Translations under genes and position numbers: made by a program
Shown: positions 9,790 to 20,667 of the stretch, one piece after another
How the letters are laid out: each line of letters begins with the position of its first letter
How positions within the stretch are numbered: position 1 is the first letter of the stretch
DNA from: Selaginella moellendorffii
Taxonomy: Eukaryota > Plantae > Lycopodiophyta
Direction of reading: 5' to 3'
Length of the DNA: 64,000 nt
Assembly (NCBI RefSeq): GCF_000143415.4
Contig: NW_003314267.1
Coordinates: 3,161,407-3,225,406 of the forward strand
The notes under the pieces: model-generated
What the model was told of the DNA's origin: nothing
What the model saw: the letters and a program-made list of their open reading frames with translations, nothing else
Database searches by the model: none

Positions 9790-12372
9790 ATTTGGCACAA
9801 AAAGACAAAGATGTAATTTCCTTAAATTATGCTATGCTACCTGATGAGGTTCTTCATTATCTAACCACCCTTGAGCTACCTCGAAAGTTCCATTGCACCC
9901 AATTGGCAGCCACACTTGATAAGTTACCTTACCAATGTGCTTTAGTAGTTTATATGGATCAACATATCAATGAAAAAGTTTATCATTCTTCCTATTCTAC
10001 AAAAGTATTAAAGTGTTCTACCGCTCATTTGATGAAAAGATCATTTACACAAAAATGAGAATGAAATTAAAATGATTATTCTAAGCAAAGTGCAATATTT
10101 CAATTGAATTGTCAATCATCTTTTTGATCATATTACACTGTTATGAGGGTTGTTGAAGTTGTTAGCATCATCTTTCATTTGATCTAAGGATTGCAAGCAA
10201 GCATAAATCTCAAAAAGTTATTGACGACTCTTTTAGTTTTGGCATGTTCAAACTATACTTGACCTTCCATTTTATATGTGAATGTTTTTTATATTGATCT
10301 CAGGGGTGTATTGATGCAAAAGAACATAAGTGTGCATGATTAGAATCATCCCATTACATATATCAATTATATGTTACAACCAATAGAAGTGAACTACTTT
10401 ATACATAAGAGTGTTTAGTAGCAATTTTGGGTTTCAAGAAACATTATACACATTTGCATAATTCTTAAACATTACTAAAAAGTGATCATATTACAATTAC
10501 TTCATTATTAAAGCAAAGAAACTTAGATGGTTATACAATTCAGTGGGCTTTAAAGCTTTGGATATATAATATTGTTAGTTATTGCCTAAGGAGTTGTATG
10601 GCTTATGTAAACACTCTTACTCAAGCTCCTTTATCTTTTTCACTCTCTTCTCCTATTCTTGACAAGTTTGTAATTCCAATATTAGTGGATTTTTGGATGA
10701 GGATTCCATGCCAATAGTGATTGATGTACTTAATGTTCAATGTTTATAAGGTATGGAGAAAAATTTGCCTTTTTTTAATGAGGTTCATGAAGTTAAAAAA
10801 GTTGAGCTATGGATTTGAAGACTTCGTAATGGATTTGAGAATCCTATGTCATGCTATTTTAATATTTATATTCTCAATATCACTTTAATAATGACCTTAT
10901 TTATTTTGTTAGGATAAATCTTGATGATCATTTACAACTGGTGGTACTTTTGGTCTTTATTCCATGTTTTCTCCATTCTTACCATGACTATGCTATTCTC
11001 GGCAGGTATATAAAATATCATTATATGACTGAAAAGCTACATAAATATTTTTATTAGTTAGAGATATGATATGATGTTATCTAGTATATGTGTAGTTGTA
11101 TTTAGTGCCAAGCTCATAATATTCCCCCTTGCGCTGCAAAAGGACAGTTAGAGTTAATTATAATTTCTTGTTTATTTGAATTGGTGCAATTTGATTTGAT
11201 AAAGCCTTTTTCAACAATTAACTGTTAACAATAAGTATGTCATTATTGTTTTTAGTTACTTGACTCATTAGGTGAAAGTTAGTGTTATTGCTAGTGCATC
11301 TGCAATTAATATTACATAATTCCTCCTCAATTGGGTGGTGTTCTAGCATTTTTGTCAAGAGCAACTTTTCTCAGATAATAATTGTGTATTTATGGTTGAA
11401 GTGTTTTATATTTTAACATCTCCATTAAAGATATGCTATACATTCATGAGTGTTTATCATCCATAGACAAATGGTTTGGTAGAACAACTTGTTCATACCT
11501 TCAAAGGGATAGAGGGTGGAGTATGTGATTTTCAACATTTAAACTAAAATGGTTATTTGCTGTTTCTTTAGTATGCGTATGTTATAAGGCTACAAAGTTC
11601 TATTAATACTTCATCATATAAACTCTTATATGGTTATGATATGATATTACCAATGGACTTAAGTGTACCTTTGCGATTGCCATAAGCTATTGATGCTAGG
11701 TCTTAAATTTAGTATTTAATAAAGATTCTTCCACTAGTTCAAGTAGAATCTACTAAATACTTATGTTGTGTACAATTAGGACAACAATGGCACTACAACT
11801 CAACTTACAAAGTATAAAGTAGATGACTTGATGTTAGTTCATTTTCCAAATCTTACAATATATGGTTTGTTTAATGTGCTCTTTGCTCAGTGAAAGGGAT
11901 TGTATTGAGTGTTGTAATAAGTTGGACCATAAGTTTATAAGGTTTAGCATGATATACAAGAAATTAATCATCCAAAAATTATTTATATATAATGATTAAA
12001 ACACTTCATACAATGAGATTAGAAATAATTGACACCATCTATAGATATACTAATGCCTCTTTCTAATTTTCCTCTAGATCTTAGCCCATTAATAAAAGAA
12101 CCCTAACTGCCTTTCATCCTTTTGAGAGGAGGGATGATGTAAAGTTTAAGTATACAACTGTGATGTTATATATTAATATTAGTGTAGTGGGATTTTGATA
12201 GCCATTAAATTAGGACTATTTGCTTTTGTATATAAGCTAAGGTTTTAGGGTTAATTGAATATGAATATTTCTATATTCCATTTCAATATTCCATACACTT
12301 ATAAAGTTATAAATTATATTTATCACAAGAAGCCTTATAGATAGTAACTTAAAAATCAATAAAGAAATAACA
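9790..12372 (+). mobile_element. Decayed Ty3/gypsy LTR retrotransposon (RT-RNaseH-integrase remnants, PPT, 3' LTR about 12138-12372)
   Basis: Degenerate motifs in gypsy order: LVVYMD (RT, about 9940), ECLVAILGFKKHY...KSDH (RNase H, about 10410-10490), NKYVIIVFSYLT and YHP*TNGLVEQL (integrase, about 11230-11490), SYKLLYG. PPT GAGAGGAGGGATGA is followed by TGT...AACA. Confidence 0.8.
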
Positions 12373-14711
12373 ATAATGGTATATATATATATATAGTATC
12401 CTAAGCCTCTTAATAGATTAGAAAATGAGATGCACTTTATTCATAAGCCCTTTCCCTTAATATTTGAACTTTTATGCATTATCTAATGAGTCATTTTCTT
12501 TAGTTACTTACAACAAAGTTACATACTGAATAGAATAAAAATAAGTCATAAAACATATATATAGTAAATATTATATTTGAAAGAGAAATTTATAAAAAAA
12601 CATTACTAATATTTAAAAATAATATTGATAAAGAGTCCTACATGAGTTATTGTTAAGTGTTGTTAAATATATGCTTCATACAAAAATAAGATATATACAT
12701 AGCAATAGTTGATGAGGTTCATAGTAATTGCTTAGTTGTTGTAGAAATTTTTATTCCTAGTATAGTAGCAAATTTTTTGGCAAGCTACACTGAGTTAATA
12801 TAATTTAGATTTTGTAGGCTAATCAAAGACTGCTTGTTGCAATTTGCTTCTAATGTTCAAAATATTTACTATAATGTGAGTATTATTTTCTTGCTTTAGA
12901 AAACATGTTATTTAGGTATTGCATGAATGATATGGATTTATATTATTTCTTGGTAAGATAACCCTAATGACAATAATTTTACAAAACTTTATATTCTTGA
13001 TGATACTTATCTCTTTCCTATGGGACTTTGAGACAGTTGTTTAATTTAAGAACTTTGTGGTTGGGGTGTCTTGGTGTAAAAAGTCAACTACATGGATCCT
13101 TGATTAACTGTTGCTTGGTGCAACCTCTTTGATTGAAACAACAATTTTTTCTAAGAAAGGTGACCTTTCTTTTGTATTTCTGATGTAATTAAGTATTTGT
13201 TAAAAACACAATTCTAACATGACTATGTACCTCACTTATTTGTTTGAATTGGCTCAAAGTTAAAAAGGTTTGTATTTCAAACTTGTGGCATACTGTCAAA
13301 TGTTTATTAAAAGAAAACTGAGTTTTGTTTCCTTTCAAAAGGAATAATTCATACTTTAAACAATTGTGTTCTAGTCTCAAAATGTTTTTATTTTATGGTT
13401 TGTTTAGTGACTGATTCAGAACAATGATAATTAACTTTTATATTTACAAAACTTGAAAAATGCTCACCATGAGATGGACTCATATAGGTACACAACCTCC
13501 TAATAGACACATTTTTTTCTTTGATAAACATCAAAGTCTGTGAATAAATTTTACATATTTTTATGAAGGGGTAAGAGTTTTGAAGATTCATTTCTTTGGA
13601 AAGCTATTTTATTTTTCTTATTATTTTCAAAAGATGCCATCTCAGACTGCGAATTATATGAGGAAAAACTATCGGAGTAGTTGCATATAGATACTTCAAC
13701 CTAGTAGTTGCAACTTTATTCCAAGATTATTAGTAGTTGGATGTAGATGCTCCAGCCTTTTTTCTCATAAAATTCCATGATAATAAATGTCAAGTCTCAA
13801 AATGATAATGTTATTTGTTACTAGTAGATAGTAAATACTCCAAGTAGCTAGCTCCAACCTCTACTAGTAACAAAAAATGTTATCATTTGGACACTTGTTT
13901 AAAGAAAATCAGAAAAGGAAAGTGCAAAATAATGTTATTATTTCACATATCCTCATAAGTTCCAGGAATTCATAAGAATAATACTGAATCTTTTGCAAAT
14001 CTGATTGTATACCAAATATATATTTGTTTACAGTCCACTTGTGAACTATATAAATAGTAGAGAAAGTTGGTACACCGAAAGCTGGTATAGAGAAAGTTGG
14101 TAAGTTAGAAACTTTATATTACATAAGACCAGTGTTTTGATTATGACTCATACAACATTGAGTCGTATCATGTCCCATCACCATATGTTTTTCTTGGCAT
14201 TATCATTGAAGAAAGTCATATTCATTTCTTCATCCTAACTTGTGTATATCTTTTAAAATTTCCCTATCTGTAAGGCTAATATAGCTTCTCCACGGCTGCT
14301 ATTCATAGGAGTCAAGATCTTATGCGACAAGATCTAAAACAGGTTGTACATGCGTAAATCACAAACAAATAAAATATTCCAAATCTATTTCATAGAAATT
14401 TTCTAGAACTCAGGAAACAGTTGCAATGAGGCCTCATCAAGCCCAAATACAATCCCCATTTACTTGGAGATTCCACTCGAAAGTAGGGGAAAAGGCGACT
14501 CATTAGTTATCACATAATTATCATTGAAATATTCCGGCACAAGACCTCAAAAGCCCTAATTTGGGGCAGCGACGCGGCGATGGATTTCTTCCCTCCAGAT
14601 CCAAATCGGTCAGGGAAATTTTTTAGCCGGTCTACGACCTTGTTCTTGTTTTCTTCTCTTTGGCGCAATTTGTCTCGTCAGTGATCAGCCCACGATCTGG
14701 CCGCTGTGTCC

Positions 14712-14846
14712 TCACACGTAGCGCCGCGTCAACGGTGAGATGGCTGCCACGGATGTGGAATTTTAGGTGGAAGCTCATGCCTGCTCTTTAACTGACGCTT
14801 GTAGCTACCATTTGCATGCAGTGAAAAAAACGTCTCAAATATAAAT
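14712..14846 (+). promoter_or_regulatory. Putative ABA/desiccation-type promoter (ABRE-like ACACGT plus CGCGTC coupling-like element, RY-like CATGCA, TATA)
   Basis: CACACGTAGCGCCGCGTC at about 14713-14730, TGCATGCA at about 14813-14820 and TATAAAT at 14840-14846, upstream of a desiccation-related gene. These are short motifs only. Confidence 0.45.
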
Positions 14847-14952
14847 GCGAGAGACTTCTTCCTCTCCTATGCTGACCCAACCCAAGGTATCACATTTTTC
14901 TTCCTCTGAGCTTCGTAGCTAGAGATAAAAAAAGAGAGAGTTTGCAAGTGCG

Positions 14953-16058
14953 ATGGGTTTGATCTTTGGAACTAGCAGTGTTGTGGTTTTGATCCTCCTT
15001 TTTTCTGGATTCTTTGTTAGCTATGCTCACGACGAGGAAGCGTGTGGAGAGGTCTCGTCGGCTGCGTTTGCTCCAAAAGGAGATGTCACGCCCGATGACA
15101 AGAAGTTACTGGCATTCCCTTTGAATCTCGAGTACCTGGAGACAGAGTTTTTCGCTTATGGGGCTCTGGGCTATGGCTTGGACAAGCTTGATCCCGGCCT
15201 TGCGGAGAATGGCCCGGCTCCAAAGGGTGCGCAGAAGGCCAAGCTCGACATTCTGGTTCGTGACATCATCGCCCAGTTTGCTCTGCAAGAAGTTGGTCAC
15301 TTGAAGTAAGCAAAGTTCTCTCTGTTTTTTTCCTTTTATGGCATTCATTCTTGCTCTTTCTTCTTAGAGCAATCAAGGGGGTTGTAAAGGAAGAAGGCTT
15401 CCCAAGGCCTCTGCTGGATCTGAGCGTGGAGAACTGGAACACCATCATGGAGAAGGCATTGGGAATAAAGCTGGATCCTCCTTTCAGTCCTTACGAGAAC
15501 AGCTTGAACTACATGCTAGCGAGCTATGCCATTCCTTACGTTGGGCTCACTGGCTACGTTGGTGCGAATCCTCTCACTCAGAGCTCTGATGGAAAGAGGG
15601 TAAGCAAGAAAAATCCCATTTTTCCTCTTGGTTCTTCAGGTAGCTCTAAAGCTTGCTCTTTGTAGCTCCTTGCTGGGCTCCTCGGTGTCGAGTCCGGACA
15701 AGACGCAGTTATTCGGACCTACTTGTACGAGAGAAAGGACACGGTGGTGGAGCCTTACAAGCTTACAGTTCACGAGATCACCAGCAAGCTCAGCTTGCTT
15801 CGAAGCAATCTGGACGACGCCACCGGCATCGACGACGAAGGCCTGGTGGTTCCAAAGTGTCTGGGGGCCGAGCAGAAGATCGAAGGCAACATTCTCGTGG
15901 GCGATAAGTTCTCGCTGTCCTTCGCTCGGACTCCACAACAGGTTCTTGAGATCGTGTATGGAACCGGCGATGCGAGAAAGCCCGGAGGTTTCTATCCCGA
16001 TGGAGCGTCCGGAGCCATCGCCACCAAGCTCAGGAAAGCTGCCAATGTCTACTTCTAG
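14953..16058 (+). CDS. Desiccation-related protein PCC13-62-like (ferritin-like fold, secreted); 3 exons
   Basis: Exons 14953-15305, 15368-15599 and 15666-16058 are joined by GT-AG introns in frame. Signal peptide plus family motifs FPLNLEYLETEFF, QEVGHL, IPYVGLTGYVG, LLGVESGQDAVIR, GGFYPDGA. Confidence 0.92.
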
Positions 16059-16162
16059 AGATTGAAAGAAAAGTTTGAGTGGAGAGGAGGACTCTGTATC
16101 TTGTCTCTTGCAATGGACAGTTTCTTTCAGTGCTTTCAAAAGCAAGAAAAAAGAGTTTTTGA

Positions 16163-17426
16163 CTAGCTCGACACGTAGAACCAGTAGACCGCTGAGTAAG
16201 GCGACAGGAACACATCGCCAACTTTTGGAGCTCTCGATACTTGCGGTGGCAAACCACCCCTCGTGGAGCGTCTTTGAACATACGTCACCCCTCCGAAAAA
16301 GTATCTGGGACCAAGAACAGCAACAACTTGTAAGTTTCTGGCAGAACAGAGAATCCGATCAAGCTTACTTGTCTCCGGTGTTCCCGGTTGCGTGGAGATC
16401 CGCCCAAGAAATACTATCGCTCGTGGCGGGCCTCAAAGTATTCACAGGCTTTGCCGTCACGGTGCTCGGCGAGGCAAAGCTCGACCACGTCGGTTGTCCA
16501 CCGCGAGCGTCCTTGGTCTCGAGAAAGTAGTGGTCGCCAATCACCTCCTGGCCGGGAATCGAAGAAAGCAGCGCGGACGCATTGAAGAGCTGCCAGGCCG
16601 AGCCATCAAACCTGTAGTGCTGGAATCCCTCGCCAAAGAGCAAGAACAGTGGCCGAGTGGAATACTTCGCGTCGATGTAGCCGTGGTGTCCCTCGATGAC
16701 GTCGGAGGCTTGCTGGGTCCAGAATACGTAGTCGGATTTGTATGGAACTGCTTGCGTCATGCCGCCGACTTTGCAAATCTCATCGCTTGGAGCGGTTCCT
16801 CCGCGAGTTTTGATCCTCTGGATGTAGGAGGCTCTGCCAAGTCGCGTGTGTCCACTGTGAGAGGTGGCTTGCACCAAGAGATCGTCGATGTTGCCTCGGC
16901 CTCCGGATAAGTTGGTTATGGTCTTGCCTGGTCGATCGATCACGAAGAGCAAGAACAATGTTAGCGTTTGAGATGAATAGCAATGCAGTGAAAGTTTCGA
17001 TAGCTTTATACCTGTGACCGTGCTCGAGGGGAGCTCGGACGAGGAAGAGCCCGGGGTTTTGAGCAAGGACCAAGTTGCTCGGCCTCCTCCAGCATCGGGT
17101 TTTGGAAGAAAGTAGTGGAATCCAATCAGGGTGTGGAATTTGGCGTCGAAGAGCTCGGCCTCGGCTCTGTCGAGGGCCCAAGAGAGATGGCCGGTTTTGT
17201 TGACATCCACGCACGAGTAGATTTGGAAACCGCTGGCTGTCACCTCGAAATCAATCCTGGAAACAACGAAAAGAGGAAACCAAACTTTAGAACCATCGTC
17301 GAGAGAAACTCTTTTAGTTTTTTCGTACGAGTTTCCATCTGGTGGAGAGAGAGAAATCTTGGCTGCCTGGAGCAGCAGAGGGAGAACGACCAGTATGGCG
17401 ATGAGAATGCCTCGATCTTTCTCCAT
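16163..17426 (-). CDS. Secreted protein with two tandem DUF3455-like domains; 4 exons
   Basis: Exons 17426-17329, 17256-17012, 16927-16369 and 16304-16163. Each repeat has GFQxY..W..A.L..IG.HYFL..GG..TW..STVT.K..[S/T]Y[I/V]QR..TRGG..P..PY...Y.F, matching the DUF3455 pattern from memory. N-terminal signal peptide. Confidence 0.75.
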
Positions 17427-17972
17427 GCTTGTGGCTATGGAGCTTTGTTCTATCTTTCTTTTCTTTCTTGGTGGTGCTTGCTTGCTAGAACTCTCTTGGG
17501 ATAGCGCCAGTGTCGATCGAATTGCTCTGGAATTGAATGAGTATGGTCGGGCGCTATTTAAATGGAAGAATGAGAAGACCCAGTCGCGAGACGATGGAGC
17601 GCGTCATGCACAGCGACTGTGCACTGAGTCCCGACCATATCGAAAAGACTGCGCCAGCGCCGTGGCTGTTGCTCCGGCGTATGATCCATGCCAGAAGAAA
17701 CAATCGGCAAAACCAAATCAAAAGCTCTTCCGTTTTGGAAGGCCACTGGAAGAAGAATTTGAAGTGGTATTCATCTCTCATTCCTCTTCTTGCAGTGGCC
17801 ATCCAACAGAGAAACTTTCACCGCGAAAATACACACAAAGAATATTCGAATAGTTATATTCTGTTAGATTCCGCATGACGTGGCACTCAAGATAACGCAA
17901 AGGTGGGGACCCTTCTTATTTTAGTTTCACAAGTCACGCATCTATATCAATTGGAAGAACTCACGAGTTTCT

Positions 17973-18698
17973 TCATTGATTCTCGGGAGTGTTGCTAGAG
18001 TTTTTCGTGTTCGCTTGGATTTGCAAGGATGATCCTTGTTGTTGGTGGTTGTGTCTTCCACCTCCTCCGGCGGATCCATTCGCAGCAGCTTGCTCCTCCT
18101 CCTCCTCTTGCCAGCTCGATCCTTGCAAGCGCAGCAACTGTAGCCTCCGAAACTCATCGTAGTGCGCTCGCCGGAGCTCCGCGAATCGCTGGTGTTCTTC
18201 TGGGCAATGGACATCGTCTATATGAACTATGATCCAGGCAAAATGGAACCTTGATCTTACCCCGGCGATCCTCGGTTTCATCCTCGGACGATGTCCACCC
18301 ACTGCTCCTCCGCCATCTCCTCCCGCCGGTGCCGTTGCTCGAGGACGACGCGAGTAGCGCGCTCGTGACGGCCTCCGGATCCACGGACGAGGATTCGTCG
18401 CAAACTCTCATCCCGTCCAAATCGTCGGTCAGCGGTGAGATCATCCCTGGAAAGTGGACGATCCATCTCTTGCTCGTCTTCCAAATGGAGGAATTCTTAC
18501 CGTCGCTGGCCTCCGGGGCGTGATACGGCGTCTTTGGCTCCGTGATCTTCTTCTTGGGGCTCTTGTTCGCTTCCAGGTAGTCGAGATTGTCCTCGTCCCA
18601 CGCGACGCGAGCTCTGATCAATCCAAGAGATGAACCGAATCGCTAGAAAGCGCATTGCGTTACCTCGCCTTGGATCTGCCGCTCTTCTTCACGCTCAT
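17973..18698 (-). CDS. Protein phosphatase 1 inhibitor-2 (IPP-2 family), multi-exon
   Basis: ATG at 18698 (MSVKKSGRSKAR) splices to ARVAWDE (RVxW PP1-binding motif), KITEPKTPY and FAELRRAHYDEF. Stop at 17973. Confidence 0.9.
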
Positions 18699-18716
18699 CC
18701 TCCTCGACCGCGACGC

Positions 18717-18728
18717 CCTAAAACCCTA
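18717..18728. promoter_or_regulatory. Telo-box-like motif CCTAAAACCCTA
   Basis: Lies between the PPR stop and the inhibitor-2 ATG. The identical 12-mer occurs at 55906-55917 and 57511-57522, each just upstream of a minus-strand ATG. Confidence 0.55.
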
Positions 18729-18740
18729 GAGCGATGGAAG

Positions 18741-20591
18741 CTAAATACTTTCTCTTCTTCTTCCTCCACTCGATCGATCGGCCAGGGCGCTGGCGAGCAG
18801 CACGTAGGACGATGCCATCTCCGGCTCCAGCACTGATGCATTCCCCGCTGCCTGCGCCGCCAGATCCACGTCGCGCTGCGTCGCGCTCGCACCGAGCAGC
18901 GCCCCCCAATCCGTGGCGTCCGGCGAGAACGGCATCGATCGGACGAGCTCCTCGGCGTGCCCCAGATCTCCCGATCGCCCCAGCAGATCCACCACGCACG
19001 AGAAGTGCTCTCGCGAGGGCCGGATTCCCCGATCTTGGATCATCGACACGAAATATTTCCAGCCCCGGTCGCGCCATCCCAGCCGGCTACACGCAGCGAT
19101 GGCGCTCATGAAGGAGAATCGATCGGGGTCCAGGCCCTGGAGCTCCATCGCCTGGACGAGCTCGATGATCATGCGGTGGCCGGACTCGGCATACACGCCG
19201 ATCATCGTGTTCCAGCAGACCAGATCCCTCTCCGGCATCGTCTCAAACATCCTGCGCGCTCGATCGAGATGGCCGGCGTGGGAGAACGCCGCGATCATCC
19301 ACGTCCACATGACTGGATCGCGCTCCGGCACCAGATCGAAGAGCGTCTTTGCCCGATCCAGCATCTTGCCCGATATTACGGCGCCATCGCTCTCTCCTGA
19401 TCCTTGCTCGTGGAGATTCTCGAGGAGCTCCGGCCGATCGACGCGCAGGGAATACGCCGCGAGGAGCGCGCTCCAAGAGACCAGATCCCACGCCGGCATT
19501 CCATCGAAGCGCGATTTCGCCGCCTCCAAATCCCCGCTAGCGGCGTGCGCCGCAAGCATCGCCGTGCACGCCACCATATCCCACGCCGGCATCGCCTGGA
19601 ATGTAGCCGCGGCCTCCCGGATTTGCCCGTGGCAAGCGTACGCCTGGATCATCGTCGTCCAAGACATAGGGTTTCTCTCGGGCATATCATCGAAGATCTC
19701 CTTGCTGCGCTCGACCTGGCCGGCAAGCGCGTAGATCTGGACCATGGCCGTCCACGACACCACATTCCTTTCGGGCATCGCATCAAACGTCGCCCTAGCG
19801 AGCCCTAGATGCCCGCTCTCGGCATATGCGTGGAGCATCGCGGTCCAAGACACAACGTTCCTCTCGGGCATGGAGTCGAATATTCTTCTAGCTTCAAGCA
19901 TATGCCCACCTTGGGCATATGCCGTGAGCATTGAGGTCCACGTCACCACGTTTCTCTCGGGCATGGCCCAGAAGAGGCCCGCGGCTTCTCCGAGCAAGGT
20001 GTTTGCACCATACGCCGCGATTAGGGCATTCCAGGAGATGATGTCCCGGGCGGGCATAGAGTTGAACAAGCGCCTTGCTGTCTCACAATGCCCACTTGTG
20101 GCATATGCCGTAATTAGGGCATTCCACGCGGCAATGCTTTGCGCGGGCATCGAATCAAAGAGCGCCTGTGCCTCATGAAGATCCTGCCGTTGTGAAAATG
20201 CCGCGATCATGGCCGTCCATGATACGAGGTTGTGCTCGGGCATGGAATCGAATATCCTTCGCGCCTGAACAAGATGCCCATTATCGGCATATGCCGTGAG
20301 GAGGATGCACCACGAGTAGACGTTGGGCTCGCCGATGGATTCGAATATCCCTCGCGCGGCGTCGACGTGGCCGCACCTTCCATACATTTGGATGAGGAGA
20401 TTCGAGAGGAGTCTGCTATGGCCAAGGCCCCTCTCGAGAATCGAGCAGTGGATGCGCTTGCCCTCGCCCACATCCCGGCAGCTTGCTAAGAGCCGAGCAA
20501 ACGAATCCTTGGCGGAGGTCGTGGCGTCGCCCGACGGAGCCCTAAAGTCGTCGAGCGCTTGTCTTGCGAGCTCCAAGGCATCATGGCGCAT
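18741..20591 (-). CDS. PLS-class PPR protein, SS-motif rich, truncated E domain (organellar RNA-editing specificity factor candidate)
   Basis: Array of 31-aa repeats (VVSWTAML.AYA..GHL..AR..FD.MPERN) followed by P2-L2-S2 and E1 (DWGALLGAS). No DYW domain. Confidence 0.93.
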   Translation of the reverse strand: MRHDALELARQALDDFRAPSGDATTSAKDSFARLLASCRDVGEGKRIHCSILERGLGHSRLLSNLLIQMYGRCGHVDAARGIFESIGEPNVYSWCILLTAYADNGHLVQARRIFDSMPEHNLVSWTAMIAAFSQRQDLHEAQALFDSMPAQSIAAWNALITAYATSGHCETARRLFNSMPARDIISWNALIAAYGANTLLGEAAGLFWAMPERNVVTWTSMLTAYAQGGHMLEARRIFDSMPERNVVSWTAMLHAYAESGHLGLARATFDAMPERNVVSWTAMVQIYALAGQVERSKEIFDDMPERNPMSWTTMIQAYACHGQIREAAATFQAMPAWDMVACTAMLAAHAASGDLEAAKSRFDGMPAWDLVSWSALLAAYSLRVDRPELLENLHEQGSGESDGAVISGKMLDRAKTLFDLVPERDPVMWTWMIAAFSHAGHLDRARRMFETMPERDLVCWNTMIGVYAESGHRMIIELVQAMELQGLDPDRFSFMSAIAACSRLGWRDRGWKYFVSMIQDRGIRPSREHFSCVVDLLGRSGDLGHAEELVRSMPFSPDATDWGALLGASATQRDVDLAAQAAGNASVLEPEMASSYVLLASALADRSSGGRRRESI

Positions 20592-20667
20592 TGGACATGG
20601 GTAGAGCCACCTAAGCCCTACATTTTCAAAGCGCTTTGCGCGGGAAGGGCTAGGGTTGGGGATTTTG

